Source of the DNA: a virus | IMG/VR virus record: IMGVR_UViG_3300024264_000006 | Coordinates: 1-64,000 of that record | Strand: one strand, 5' to 3' | Length of the DNA stretch: 64,000 bases | Part shown: positions 47,970 to 58,353 of the stretch, piece by piece | How positions within the stretch are numbered: position 1 is the stretch's first letter | Layout of the letters: every line of letters starts with the position of its first letter | Program-made: the position numbers and the translations under genes | Notes under the pieces: model-generated | The model's database searches: none | What the model saw: only the letters and a program-made list of their open reading frames with translations | Told to the model about the DNA's origin: nothing

Positions 47970-48318
47970 CTTTTGTCCCCTTGTTTATACGTGTTTCAAT
48001 TAATCCCGGCTTCGCAGCTGCCAATCTAGATAGATCGTGTCTTGCGAAGATTGCCAGATACCGTTGCGCTTCCGCTTCAATCTCTGCATTACGAGTACTC
48101 ATGGTATTGAGTGCTTCGGTGGTTTTCTTCAGATTAGTCTGAAGTGCTTCGATAGTACGGACTTGTTCCGCCTGTCGAGTTTCGAATGCGGATATGACTC
48201 CCGCCTGAGTTTGTAGTTGGGCCTGCATCTCTTGAATAGTGCCTTGAGTTGTTTTGAAATAAACATACCCACCAAGACCCATTGCAAGGATGATCCCAAA
48301 TAAGACTTTACTAAACAT
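47914..48318 (-). CDS. i-spanin-like protein
   Basis: N-terminal TM helix plus coiled coil, 'LAAAKPGLIE.RIN'. Confidence 0.7.
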   Translation of the reverse strand: MFSKVLFGIILAMGLGGYVYFKTTQGTIQEMQAQLQTQAGVISAFETRQAEQVRTIEALQTNLKKTTEALNTMSTRNAEIEAEAQRYLAIFARHDLSRLAAAKPGLIETRINKGTKDVFRTIENDTAVIDSIDD

Positions 48319-48967
48319 CCATTTGCTCCTTTATAACTTCTTTTCCTTTATTACCAGTATGATGGACAATAAGAGGACTCTTAACCGCAATACCATCTAC
48401 ATAATCTAGTCGTAACGTATTGTATTTATGTGGTAACGGTTCGATGATTGACATCTTCATGATCTCATCACCACCCATCATTGCATAGAGAGTTTCTTGG
48501 TCACCTACCCATCCATCATTGATACACTGTTCTGCCCATGCACGTAGGATGTTTGGTTTACCCTCCCAAACAACGACACCTGAATTATACCACGCACCAT
48601 GCTCACCACGTCTCTTTGTCCACGGTCTGTCCTCTACCATACCAATCTTAAAGGGTACAGTAAGATCGAAGATAGGTGAGATATCTCCAAACACTTGACA
48701 GTCGGTATCTAACCAACAAACCTTTTTGGATTCTTCACATGCACGTAACATCGCAGAAGGTTTCTTGAACCAACCCTCAGCCTGTGTGAGAACATCTACA
48801 CATTCATGGATATTTTCTTCGACCCAGACACGCATGTCTTTGGACATACCAAAATCCATTACCAACAAAGGAGTGTCGTTATACTCCTTATAGTTTTCCC
48901 AGAACCAAGGTAATTGCCACTCTGTGTTGACATCACACCCCGTAATAAATAATTTATCTAATTTCAT
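48311..48967 (-). CDS. GT-A glycosyltransferase (GT8/GT77-like)
   Basis: 'WFKKP','WLDTDC','NSGVV','GDQE','HHTG'. Confidence 0.78.
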   Translation of the reverse strand: MKLDKLFITGCDVNTEWQLPWFWENYKEYNDTPLLVMDFGMSKDMRVWVEENIHECVDVLTQAEGWFKKPSAMLRACEESKKVCWLDTDCQVFGDISPIFDLTVPFKIGMVEDRPWTKRRGEHGAWYNSGVVVWEGKPNILRAWAEQCINDGWVGDQETLYAMMGGDEIMKMSIIEPLPHKYNTLRLDYVDGIAVKSPLIVHHTGNKGKEVIKEQMDV

Positions 48968-49617
48968 TTTATATTCTCAATTTTATAATCTTCGTTATAG
49001 TTATGCTTTGCTAAACACCCTCGTTCTACTTGAATTGTCGTAAAGGAATCATCAGCCTTAGCAATAAAGGGGTAGTGTTCTTGCAACCAAGGGAAAGTGT
49101 CAAGATGTAAAAATACATCTGTAGGTTTTGCACGATTGTCTCTTGCAATATTAATCAACGCACTAGCACCTTTAGGTTCTACCTGATAGGCATGTGCGCC
49201 GGGAAAATATTGTTTGGTGGTCAGCGGGCCCACTCCAAGGTGATTAGGTATGTTCCATTTACCGTAAGAAGGTTTTCCTATGTTCATCACACCAGTAAAT
49301 GGTTTGTTTGGAATTGCATCCTCCAGAAAGGCATCATGTTCAAATATGGTATAAACTTCTTTTGACATCAAGCATCGTTTCCACAATGTATAGTGAGATA
49401 GGAAGGCAGATAGACAGTTTTCAAAACGAGAGTAAACCTCTTCGAAACCTTTTATGTTAATTCCTTCTCTCTCCGCAATCTTCACAGGATCATCTTTTGG
49501 TGTGATTGCCTTGAACATGTTGATTTCTGATCCATACTTTTCACCAGACCGCATACAACGTTCTGCAGCCGTAACTGATTTTGGATTATCAACTATACCA
49601 ATTACAAAGTTTTTCAT
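48964..49617 (-). CDS. GT25-like glycosyltransferase
   Basis: 'SAFLSHY.LW','IFEHDA','GAHAY.V.P.GA'. Confidence 0.78.
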   Translation of the reverse strand: MKNFVIGIVDNPKSVTAAERCMRSGEKYGSEINMFKAITPKDDPVKIAEREGINIKGFEEVYSRFENCLSAFLSHYTLWKRCLMSKEVYTIFEHDAFLEDAIPNKPFTGVMNIGKPSYGKWNIPNHLGVGPLTTKQYFPGAHAYQVEPKGASALINIARDNRAKPTDVFLHLDTFPWLQEHYPFIAKADDSFTTIQVERGCLAKHNYNEDYKIENIK

Positions 49618-49621
49618 TATG

Positions 49622-50566
49622 TTATCCTGTTGTCGAGGAAGGCCCACCTTGAACTACTGTGTAGTAAGGCCATATCACTTGCATCCAAGGGAAGAATTGT
49701 TTACACATTAATGCGTCATTAGGCCACATTCCTATTTCGTCTACTTTATCTAGTAGTTTCTTAGCAGCCCAAGGTTTGATGATGTACGCAGAGTTTCCCG
49801 CTAGACCTTGTGGTAAGGGATCGTCTCCAATGGTGTCCACGGAAGGAACTTTGTGAAATCCATGTTTACCAAACAATTTGCCATGGAAGATAGATGACTT
49901 ACGTGTGGCACCAATAGGACTATTGAGTCCAAGGATACCTCCGGAGAATTTGCCTTCTGGTTTTTGTTTACAAGATTCGTGCATATTCTTCCACTTATCT
50001 TTAATATCCCACGGGAGAACTGACATCTCTCTAGTGTCTAACCATCTGTTCCACCACTCCTCATCAATAGGTAGTGGTCTAGGATTTCCAATCTGATCCC
50101 ATCGGAACTGTCGAATAAACAATGCGTCTTGTTCTAGAACCATGATAGGTTCGTTCATGTCAATACAATGTTGCCACGCCCGCATGTGCGAGACCATACA
50201 TGCGATTACTTTACGATGGTCACCCGCTTCATACTTCTTTCGGTACAACCCCGTAGCAATGTCAAGACCATTTGCACGATCTTCTATAGGCCAAGTCCAC
50301 CTTGCACTTGAAAAGTCACGGTGAGATATGGATATCAATCCATCCCTTGCAGTGTCAGGCGTGGACGCATCCATCACGAGAGGATTGATATACGAATGAG
50401 TATTACGAATACTCTTCAACAATCGTCTGGTACTATGTGTCGCTGCTCCATCATCGGTCAATGAGATGATTATTGCTTTGATAAAAAGATTACCATTCAA
50501 ATCCGTCTGAGTTGGTTTAGGACTTTCTACCTTGTTCGCCATCTCAATAGCCTCAACCACGTCCAT
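49622..50566 (-). CDS. GT25-like glycosyltransferase
   Basis: 'ACMVSHMRAW','VLEQDA','GNSAYIIKP.AA.KL','PND'. Confidence 0.78.
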   Translation of the reverse strand: MDVVEAIEMANKVESPKPTQTDLNGNLFIKAIIISLTDDGAATHSTRRLLKSIRNTHSYINPLVMDASTPDTARDGLISISHRDFSSARWTWPIEDRANGLDIATGLYRKKYEAGDHRKVIACMVSHMRAWQHCIDMNEPIMVLEQDALFIRQFRWDQIGNPRPLPIDEEWWNRWLDTREMSVLPWDIKDKWKNMHESCKQKPEGKFSGGILGLNSPIGATRKSSIFHGKLFGKHGFHKVPSVDTIGDDPLPQGLAGNSAYIIKPWAAKKLLDKVDEIGMWPNDALMCKQFFPWMQVIWPYYTVVQGGPSSTTG

Positions 50567-51254
50567 TCCAGTAATTTTTCTGCGCTCCAGTGTCAAAATC
50601 AAAACCCCATTCATCTATGTCATCCTTATACCAATCAGCAATAATCTGAATGGTTTTATCGGTGTACATGTCTTGATAGGTTCCTTTATGTAGGTTTGTA
50701 ACATTGCGGGGTTCTGGATTAAACAGAATACCCATATAATCTTTTATGTCTTCGTTGTAGTTCTCAAATCGAAGTATGTCACTTTGTACGGTTCCAAACT
50801 TATCGACCACATGATCTTTGGCTGGATACCATCCACGTACTGCACGATGCCACATATAATCAACACCACCCCACTTATGACGTTCTTCTAGAAACGCTTC
50901 AAATGATGAAATGTCTGCATACCCATGTTCACCGTAGTGATCTGAACTTTTTTCAACCTCAATAACTTTCTTCGCAAACCAGTAACGAGATACTACACGT
51001 GACCACGGATTACGTACAATTGCAAATGATTTATATCCTTGACGAACCTCTTTCTTCAAGTCTTGCCAACGTGCATGTTCATACCCCATGACATCGCCAA
51101 CACTTCTCATCTTTTCTTCTAGGCCTTTTGTGTACTCTCTAGTTCTGTGTATATCAGGAGTACATACAATAATCTGTTTGCGTAAATCTGGGTTCCTACG
51201 TATAGTCATCCCACCGTTCTTAGGGATGTGGATGAATATCCTTGGACTATCCAT
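50553..51254 (-). CDS. sulfotransferase family 2 protein
   Basis: 'FIHIPKNGG.TI','FAIVRNPWSRVVSRY','RFEN','Y..DI..WGF'. Confidence 0.82.
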   Translation of the reverse strand: MDSPRIFIHIPKNGGMTIRRNPDLRKQIIVCTPDIHRTREYTKGLEEKMRSVGDVMGYEHARWQDLKKEVRQGYKSFAIVRNPWSRVVSRYWFAKKVIEVEKSSDHYGEHGYADISSFEAFLEERHKWGGVDYMWHRAVRGWYPAKDHVVDKFGTVQSDILRFENYNEDIKDYMGILFNPEPRNVTNLHKGTYQDMYTDKTIQIIADWYKDDIDEWGFDFDTGAQKNYWNGRG

Positions 51255-51876
51255 GTTTGATTCTCAGTATATAACTGTCCGGATATGCACCGAAACCTTT
51301 AATCTTGGTGGTGCGATAGTCGTAATGTTTTAAGTCATACTTCTCAACCGTGTTCATGAATCGGACGTGTTCAGGCATAGAGTATAGATGTGGTCTTGCA
51401 TCTGTCCAAGGATTAGACTTCATGCGGTCTAACATCCAAACGTCTTCAATGAAGTATACACCATCTTGGTCTAGTAAGTCAATAAGATTTTCAAATGTTT
51501 TTCTGTTTGCTTCGGGCCAGTGTGCACCATCATCAATGATAAAGTCAAACTTGATATCCCCCCACTCTCTTCTTATTTTCATAGCAAGAGCGGCATGAGT
51601 ACTGTCATGTTTCATCCACTTGACTCTTTCATCTTTCAGTACATCAATGGTTGATGCTTGATGTCTCTCAAAGATATCAATTGTGTAGATAGTTGCGTGA
51701 GGGAAATACTCTAGGAAAGCTTCGGTACTCTCTCCCCTGAAACATCCAACCTCAAGGATGTTGACTTGATCGTATCGACGATCTTCCATGTAGTGTTCGT
51801 AACAACGGTCATACTTATGTTTTTTAGTCCCCTTGTCGCAGTCATACTTATCAAATAAATTTCTTAACGTTCCCAT
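51247..51876 (-). CDS. class I SAM-dependent (sugar O-)methyltransferase
   Basis: 'DKG...H.Y..CYE','ILEVGC..G.S','FDFIIDDGAH','GVYFIEDV'. Confidence 0.82.
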   Translation of the reverse strand: MGTLRNLFDKYDCDKGTKKHKYDRCYEHYMEDRRYDQVNILEVGCFRGESTEAFLEYFPHATIYTIDIFERHQASTIDVLKDERVKWMKHDSTHAALAMKIRREWGDIKFDFIIDDGAHWPEANRKTFENLIDLLDQDGVYFIEDVWMLDRMKSNPWTDARPHLYSMPEHVRFMNTVEKYDLKHYDYRTTKIKGFGAYPDSYILRIKHG

Positions 51877-52415
51877 TTCACATACATCCTATTTTCGTCG
51901 GGCATGAACTCTGTCACTCTAAACCCATTTTCTTTTGCAAATTCTAAATGATCTTCAATAGTCCAATTGAAGAAAGGAACTTCCCCAACTCTGTTGTTAC
52001 CGTGATCACGATGGCCTGGATTACATCTCCAGTAAACTCTTGCTTTGGGTTTTAATGCTTCTGCAACTTTCTGACATTGCAATCTTATTAAATCTCTATC
52101 ACCAAAATTCAAACTACCCAGACAAAGAGCCACATCAAAATGATCTTCATAGGGCGCACCAAATACTTCAAAGTCTTCTATTGCAATAACTTCATCCGCA
52201 CCTATATCGGTGATATCGATACCATGCAGATTAGGAAGATGACGCTTAAGAGGATTAACTCCACAACCGACATCAAGTATTCTTTCTTCTTTTGAGATTT
52301 CATCAATCAGTTTAAAACCTGTCCAATAGTATCGATCAAAACCAGCGGTACGTGAAGTAGGCCATGTATTCGTGAAGTAATCTTCTAAAAACTCACGGTG
52401 TGGATTTGTAAACAT
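51864..52415 (-). CDS. class I SAM-dependent methyltransferase
   Basis: 'ILDVGCG','GIDI','FDVALCLGSLNF'. Confidence 0.8.
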   Translation of the reverse strand: MFTNPHREFLEDYFTNTWPTSRTAGFDRYYWTGFKLIDEISKEERILDVGCGVNPLKRHLPNLHGIDITDIGADEVIAIEDFEVFGAPYEDHFDVALCLGSLNFGDRDLIRLQCQKVAEALKPKARVYWRCNPGHRDHGNNRVGEVPFFNWTIEDHLEFAKENGFRVTEFMPDENRMYVKWER

Positions 52416-52995
52416 AGACACAAATATCCCTCTCATTGTAATTATCAATAACAGCGGGATCAGACATTCCATAATCACTTAGACCTAATGCCTTCATGGT
52501 TCCCCTGTTAGTTGTACATTTAACTATTTTGTTCGTGTTATTATATATGAATTGATTAATAGCTTTATTTTGCCTTTGAATCTGTGAAAACATATTGTCT
52601 GGATTCTTATACCACTGGTAGTTGGGGTACTGAATATCAAACCCTCCACATTCCATCCACCAATCAAAACACTCCCAGTCATTTCTTACTACCAAAACAA
52701 TAGGATACTTCTTATAGTTATCTAACTGAGTCGCAAGAGTGTGTGACTTGATGAGACGTTGTTTACACTGGTCATGATAAGAATTAAAGGGTAAGTCCCA
52801 CTGATCCTTTTCAAACTCAAACTCCATGCCGGGGTCAAAGTATGAACCCGAATGTAATAAACCATTGTGGTGTTTATAAGCTCGATCAGATGACTTGTCA
52901 GTGATGTCAAAGTCCACGCATCGCATAAGACTATTCGCCACACTACTCCATCTACTGCCAGGCGCACCTGTCATTAGAACATAGTTATCTTTCAC
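52393..52995 (-). CDS. P-loop sulfotransferase/kinase-like protein
   Basis: 'LMTGAPGSRWSSV','LIKSH','VLVVR'. Confidence 0.55.
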   Translation of the reverse strand: MKDNYVLMTGAPGSRWSSVANSLMRCVDFDITDKSSDRAYKHHNGLLHSGSYFDPGMEFEFEKDQWDLPFNSYHDQCKQRLIKSHTLATQLDNYKKYPIVLVVRNDWECFDWWMECGGFDIQYPNYQWYKNPDNMFSQIQRQNKAINQFIYNNTNKIVKCTTNRGTMKALGLSDYGMSDPAVIDNYNERDICVYVYKSTP

Positions 52996-53620
52996 TTTTA
53001 GGCCTTAATCCGTCCCAAACTTGTTGATCCAACCAGTGTTCTTCTACGTATCTAACGTACTTGCTATTCTGATCTTCGTCTAGATGAGCAAACACTTGTT
53101 TGTCCGAAAACGCAATAGGGAAGTCTAGTATCGTAGACAACCACTTCAGGTACATGCATTTGTGAAGGTACAACGACTCGTGTGATAGAAATGCACGTTC
53201 AACTTTTAGGTTGCGATAGTAATCCATCGCTTGTCCCAGAGTGATCTCAAATCGAACTCTCTTCTGTTGCAGTGCATTGATGTTTACATCCCTACAAACA
53301 ATCGCAACAGTAACCGCATAACCAGCTTCTTTCGCTTCGTCCACCACTTCCTGTATCTTAGGAACTTGACGTACACCATCATATACGAAAGGCACACTAA
53401 CGTTCGCTACCATGTAACGTCCGGTAAGTTTCTCTTTTGTTTTAGATGGGTCTACCCAACATTCAGCGAATGGTTCTTCGTCACTGGGAATCCAATACTT
53501 GTCTCCAAAGTCCCATCCATTTACATCCGGATGGACATTGAATATTTTACTGAAGAGGTGATTACCAGAACCCTGTGGGCCTGTTATAATAATAAGTTTT
53601 TTATCGTTGTTGTCCGACAT
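52985..53620 (-). CDS. P-loop sulfotransferase/kinase-like protein
   Basis: 'IITGPQGSGNHLFSKIF..HPDV','IVCRD','LSHESL'. Confidence 0.6.
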   Translation of the reverse strand: MSDNNDKKLIIITGPQGSGNHLFSKIFNVHPDVNGWDFGDKYWIPSDEEPFAECWVDPSKTKEKLTGRYMVANVSVPFVYDGVRQVPKIQEVVDEAKEAGYAVTVAIVCRDVNINALQQKRVRFEITLGQAMDYYRNLKVERAFLSHESLYLHKCMYLKWLSTILDFPIAFSDKQVFAHLDEDQNSKYVRYVEEHWLDQQVWDGLRPKSER

Positions 53621-54275
53621 AAGTACGTACCTTCAAAGGATTCACTTCATCTGTTGGCCCTGTTCCGGAGTCGGGGGCAAACACGAAAAGGGTTACGTCT
53701 TCGTCATGTGTTATGAAATTGTGTAATGTATTACGTTCCATAAAAAAGACAGAACCTTTCGCAATCTGAAAGTGTTTGTGATTATCTAATTCAATTTCAC
53801 CATAACCATTTAGAATCAAACCGATTCTTTGACTAGGGTGAGTGTGTAGGGTTTGAGACATGTTTGCTGGAAAGTGTGCATAGTTGACAACAGGCAGTCC
53901 CGCACGAGGCGGACTGATTGCGTTACTATTAGTGCCACCATCCATGTAAGACAAGTTTCCTGTCGTTATACCGTCTGTGACATAAACAGTGTCTTCGTTT
54001 AGGTTCAACCCTGAAAACCTAATATCAACAAGAGTAGATGTTCCGTTATGCATTTTTGCCCAAAGGTTCTTACAGTTGGTTTGTAATGCATTACATGTCA
54101 TACCACCCACAGTAACTTTATCAGTACGGATTGATGTATCTAAAGATAGAAGGTATCTTGTCCCTTCATGTTCAGGTATTGGTACACTTTCATGTATACC
54201 CTTCCAGACATGAACTTGATATTGCCAAAGGTTTGTGACATTTGTAACTGAGTTGTGCGATAGATCGTTCATCAT
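53601..54275 (-). CDS. cupin-domain protein
   Basis: 'HTHPS.RIG.IL.G.G','H.F' cupin motifs. Confidence 0.78.
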   Translation of the reverse strand: MMNDLSHNSVTNVTNLWQYQVHVWKGIHESVPIPEHEGTRYLLSLDTSIRTDKVTVGGMTCNALQTNCKNLWAKMHNGTSTLVDIRFSGLNLNEDTVYVTDGITTGNLSYMDGGTNSNAISPPRAGLPVVNYAHFPANMSQTLHTHPSQRIGLILNGYGEIELDNHKHFQIAKGSVFFMERNTLHNFITHDEDVTLFVFAPDSGTGPTDEVNPLKVRTYVGQQR

Positions 54276-54850
54276 AATGTTAGTCCTGTAGCTTCTAGAA
54301 TTTCATCTGGTACAAATGGAACATCCATTCTTTCTGGATGCCATACTATAGCACAGATGTTATCCTTGATCCAAGACTCGCAGTCTCCTTCGGGATCAGT
54401 ACAGAGAATCTGTGCGCCAGGCGGTTTTTCCTTTATGAAGACGGTATGAAAACTATTGACCGCAACTTCTCTACCTTGTGTTTCATAGTAGTTGGTATGT
54501 TCTGAGAAGAAGTGTTTTTCTTTATCACCGTCAACTTGACCACGCAAAATGTGGGTAAGTAAGAAGGCACCATGACAAATACCCAGAACAGGTTTGCCCA
54601 TTGATACCATTGAGGTTGCTATTTCGGTTTCGGTGATGACACGAATGTCTTCGTTCCTACCACCAGTTATGATCAGAAGGTCTAACTCTTCAGCAAGTCC
54701 GTCATAATCTAAGTCCTTTCTGTTCGGAACAGGAATCAACGTGTGACCTTTGGTCAGAGGTGAATCATACCACCCATGATCAGTGAAGTCACCCGTGATT
54801 CCAGATCGTTCCGAATAAAGGACTACTCTTTGAGTCAGTCCAATTTTCAT
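54272..54850 (-). CDS. class I glutamine amidotransferase / peptidase C26-like
   Basis: 'LIITGG','PVLGICHG','VNSFH','WHPE'. Confidence 0.85.
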   Translation of the reverse strand: MKIGLTQRVVLYSERSGITGDFTDHGWYDSPLTKGHTLIPVPNRKDLDYDGLAEELDLLIITGGRNEDIRVITETEIATSMVSMGKPVLGICHGAFLLTHILRGQVDGDKEKHFFSEHTNYYETQGREVAVNSFHTVFIKEKPPGAQILCTDPEGDCESWIKDNICAIVWHPERMDVPFVPDEILEATGLTL

Positions 54851-54856
54851 AATCTA

Positions 54857-55555
54857 TTACCAGCCGTAGGCTTCGTTTACTAGTTCTCTTGATCCGTTCG
54901 CTTCTACCGTGTTTGAACACGAGATTTCGAAAAGGTCTTTACGCATATTTTCAACAACTGATTTAACACGTGATTGTGTTTTTTCATCTGTTGCAAGTTT
55001 ACGCAACTTCCATCCACCAATAGAGGAATGGAAACCTTCATCCTTTGCGATTGTACGATAACGAGTAGAAATAAATTCATCCTTGATCGTATCTGCCATT
55101 TGATTCCAGACTGCTTCCGCACGTCCTTCCGCAACTAACTGATAAGCAGCAAGAACTGCTTCATCATTTTCCGCATCGTACTTCTCTAGAAGTGTTGCAC
55201 CTTTTGCTGTGCCTGCTTGACGTTCTGCTTCAAGCGCTGCAGCAACATCAATCTTTTCACCCTTAATGTGCTCGATTACTTCTTTAACCATACGATAGTG
55301 CTTTGCTTCATCAGCTGCTTGTCTGGTTAGAAGTTCAAGTTCTTTAGGGTCTGCATTATCGTCTACCTTGGCGATCTGTGCAGAGATTTCTGTCATGTTC
55401 ATTCTTTCATTAACCATACGGCCAATGAAGTGATCAACCATTTCTTCTTCGGGTAGGTCACCTTCGAAGTAGGCTTTGACGTTCATTTTAGACGCTTCGA
55501 AAAGCGCTTGGTTTTCTTTGCGAAGTTGATTCACAAAATCTTTAGGTTGTTGCAT
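54857..55555 (-). CDS. ferritin-like diiron protein
   Basis: two DExxH motifs (DEAKH, DEGFH); AAGGAG RBS. Confidence 0.8.
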   Translation of the reverse strand: MQQPKDFVNQLRKENQALFEASKMNVKAYFEGDLPEEEMVDHFIGRMVNERMNMTEISAQIAKVDDNADPKELELLTRQAADEAKHYRMVKEVIEHIKGEKIDVAAALEAERQAGTAKGATLLEKYDAENDEAVLAAYQLVAEGRAEAVWNQMADTIKDEFISTRYRTIAKDEGFHSSIGGWKLRKLATDEKTQSRVKSVVENMRKDLFEISCSNTVEANGSRELVNEAYGW

Positions 55556-55593
55556 AGGGTTCTCCTTTAATTTCACACTCTTAATATAGATAG

Positions 55594-56367
55594 TCACCTT
55601 GTGCTATTTATAACAATTTCTTTCTCAAACATCATGAGAATTTCATCATTTCTTTTTCGATACTCTTGTATCTCCTGTTCATACTTATCAAAGATTGTCT
55701 CTGTCGGTAATCCATATAGAAACAAATCCGCATAGTTTATTATCTGTAACTTACTATGTTTCCCAATCTCTTCATGGTTGATGACTAGATTCCTGTACTG
55801 GTTCTTCACCCATACTTCAGCGGGTCGTTTTTCTTTCCCGTCTTTAAGCCAGGCGTTTCTATATCCATAGATGTTACGTTCTAGAGACCATTCATCTCTG
55901 CCATGTTTCACGTATTGTAACACTGCAAGACTATACTTGTCAACAATATTATGAGGAACCTCTACACCAGAATCGTCAATCAACTTGCGGTCATCCTCAG
56001 ACATACTCATTCTTGGGGACAACCATTTTTTTATGAACATAAGTTCTAGGGTGTATTCAAATGAGTCATCATCACTTGCGTCGATGACATATGTGATAGG
56101 CACATCGTAGTGGGGTAGATAGTTTTCTATGTTTTGTTTTGCAACCAAGATAGTTCTATCGTCTACCTCTAGGGGTTCAGTAGTCCCATCAACTTGGCGA
56201 CAGTGAAGAGACCCACCGTACTCGTTCCAGATTACATTTCTCATACAGCCAGGATTAGTTGGCCACTTACCAGATTCATCTTCAGTAGTGGGATAAATTA
56301 ACTCAGTAAGAAACATACCCCCAGCACCAGACGGGTACTGTAATGCAAATTTTACTTTGGGTTTCAT
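55594..56367 (-). CDS. hypothetical protein, possibly sulfotransferase-like fold
   Basis: 'YPSGAGGMFL' N-terminal loop, 'INYADLF'. Confidence 0.4.
   Translation of the reverse strand: MKPKVKFALQYPSGAGGMFLTELIYPTTEDESGKWPTNPGCMRNVIWNEYGGSLHCRQVDGTTEPLEVDDRTILVAKQNIENYLPHYDVPITYVIDASDDDSFEYTLELMFIKKWLSPRMSMSEDDRKLIDDSGVEVPHNIVDKYSLAVLQYVKHGRDEWSLERNIYGYRNAWLKDGKEKRPAEVWVKNQYRNLVINHEEIGKHSKLQIINYADLFLYGLPTETIFDKYEQEIQEYRKRNDEILMMFEKEIVINSTR
55605..55612 (-). promoter_or_regulatory. T4-type late promoter TATAAATA
   Basis: exact consensus 50 nt upstream of the diiron gene. Confidence 0.65.
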
Positions 56368-57149
56368 AGTCCACGCATTAACTCTTTAATGTTTTCTCCC
56401 CCGTCAGGCAACTTGTCCTTCAGGAAGAAGTGAATGAACTCACAGTTATCTAAGTTTTTTACAGCAGTATACAATCCATTCCACTTAGGATTCATATGTC
56501 GAACAGGTACTTTATACTTCTTTAGAAAATAGTTCAGTAGTGTCTGATCGGTAGACCACTTCCATGCACCTTTACCGTCAACAAAGTCTTTGAACTCTGA
56601 ACGTTCAATAAATTGTTTACCAGACTGTCCCTTCAAAAATGGTAGGAAACTCTCAGAATTTAAAAGTATCATACCCATATTGAAGAACTCAAATCCATGT
56701 TGATCCGGTCTGAAGTCAATCTTGTTTGTATGCAAGTGTCCATACTGCATCATTGAGTAGTTCTGTATCTTGTTTACATACCAAGGTTCAATATCCATGT
56801 CACGTTCACAGACAGCCCCGAAGGCATGTTCCGTTCCAAAGTCTTCAAAGATATTTGGTGCGTCCGGTTTGATGTAGATGTCTGCATCTATGATTGCAAT
56901 CTGATCGTAGTTGGGTAGGTAATCAAAGGCCACTTCTTTCTCAAAGATAGGTAGATAACCACCATACTTCTCAAAAGACTCACGTGATCGATTCATGTTA
57001 AATGGATCGGGTGCAATACGATACACCGGAGAACGTTGCGTATAATGTACAATATCATGCTTTTGGCAATAATAAGAAACACTTTCAATACAATGTTCGT
57101 ATAATTTAGAAGGCTTGCCTACGGCAACCTGATAGATCATTCGTCTCAT
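56364..57149 (-). CDS. GT8-like glycosyltransferase
   Basis: 'IAIIDADIYI','FFNMGMIL','DQTLLNY','KWN','FIHF'. Confidence 0.8.
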   Translation of the reverse strand: MRRMIYQVAVGKPSKLYEHCIESVSYYCQKHDIVHYTQRSPVYRIAPDPFNMNRSRESFEKYGGYLPIFEKEVAFDYLPNYDQIAIIDADIYIKPDAPNIFEDFGTEHAFGAVCERDMDIEPWYVNKIQNYSMMQYGHLHTNKIDFRPDQHGFEFFNMGMILLNSESFLPFLKGQSGKQFIERSEFKDFVDGKGAWKWSTDQTLLNYFLKKYKVPVRHMNPKWNGLYTAVKNLDNCEFIHFFLKDKLPDGGENIKELMRGL

Positions 57150-57379
57150 TAATATAGTTTCTCTATCTGATAATCAAAGGGTGTTGTTGTTTTGATTTCA
57201 AGAGACTTACCACTAGTCTGTGTACCCTTAAAATGTGTTTGTGTTTTCTTTGAAATAGACTTCATCCTGTAGACTCTTTTAGTAGTCTTTGGATCGAAAT
57301 CTGTACCGCCTTTATACCATACGGTCAGTTCGTACTCTTCAAGGAATAAGGTCTTTAACCATTCTACTATTTTTTTCAT
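57149..57379 (-). CDS. hypothetical protein
   Basis: 76-aa ORF coupled to both neighbours. Confidence 0.55.
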   Translation of the reverse strand: MKKIVEWLKTLFLEEYELTVWYKGGTDFDPKTTKRVYRMKSISKKTQTHFKGTQTSGKSLEIKTTTPFDYQIEKLY

Positions 57380-58353
57380 GTTATCTCCCGATAGTCATTC
57401 AGATCGAAATCTGTACCATGCATCTTATATAGGTCTCTCTCATGGTTTGTCCAAACTAATACTTCAGGATCATCAATTAAGAAGTCACAAGACTTACAGT
57501 AATCCGGATAGTTACCTGTTCGGTGACCCTCACGTAACGCAGAGTACTCAGGGCCACGAATGACCTCTTCGATTGTATTCTCAGAAGTGTGACCCAGAAC
57601 CGCCTCTTCGTCTTGTCCTAATACTTGACAACAAGGTGCGACTGCGCCAGACTTACCATCTAACCCGCCTGCTCGTATGACAACATCAGGAGAAAAAGGC
57701 CTACCGCAACTCTTGACCCCGCCTTCTCTATCGTAGGAAGGTTTATAGACTCCGCTCCAGTTATGCATCTTCCAGATTTCTGTTTTGATACCAAGTTCTG
57801 CCACAAGTTCTTTATATTGATCCAACTCTTTATCAATGTTATCGTTATCAGTGATAAGATGATAGGTAGCAATAACACATTTACTCCCTGTTTTGTTAAC
57901 GTAATCGACCATCTCACGGATGTTCTGTTTAATTTCGTGATACTGTCCGTGGATTGTATTATACATCCACTTAGAGTAATCCTGTTCGTCTGATCCAATG
58001 AATGAGAATCTGTAGAAGTCAAGGCCTGCGTCAACGCAGTCACGCATAAACTTACCCTTCATTCGAAATCCATTAGAGAATGCGAAACAACTTGCGCCAT
58101 ACTTCTTGACAATCTTGACGTACTCAGGCATGTTTCTGTTGAGTGTAGGTTCACCGGAACCCTCCAGATTGACAACACGTAAACCATGTTGAGCACAATC
58201 TTTTACGTTCTTTTCGAACTCTACCAATCCCATCTTTGCGAGGAATCTTTTATCTCTTCCACCAGTTCTTCTGTCCTGTGGACACATACTACATGAATAG
58301 TTGCAACCACCGTTTATCTCTATAACGGCTCGATCAATACTAATGTTATTCAT
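57376..58353 (-). CDS. radical SAM enzyme with SPASM/twitch domain
   Basis: CxxxCxxC 'CNYSCSMC','GSGEP', C-terminal 'C..P...PCC...C..C'. Confidence 0.88.
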   Translation of the reverse strand: MNNISIDRAVIEINGGCNYSCSMCPQDRRTGGRDKRFLAKMGLVEFEKNVKDCAQHGLRVVNLEGSGEPTLNRNMPEYVKIVKKYGASCFAFSNGFRMKGKFMRDCVDAGLDFYRFSFIGSDEQDYSKWMYNTIHGQYHEIKQNIREMVDYVNKTGSKCVIATYHLITDNDNIDKELDQYKELVAELGIKTEIWKMHNWSGVYKPSYDREGGVKSCGRPFSPDVVIRAGGLDGKSGAVAPCCQVLGQDEEAVLGHTSENTIEEVIRGPEYSALREGHRTGNYPDYCKSCDFLIDDPEVLVWTNHERDLYKMHGTDFDLNDYREIT

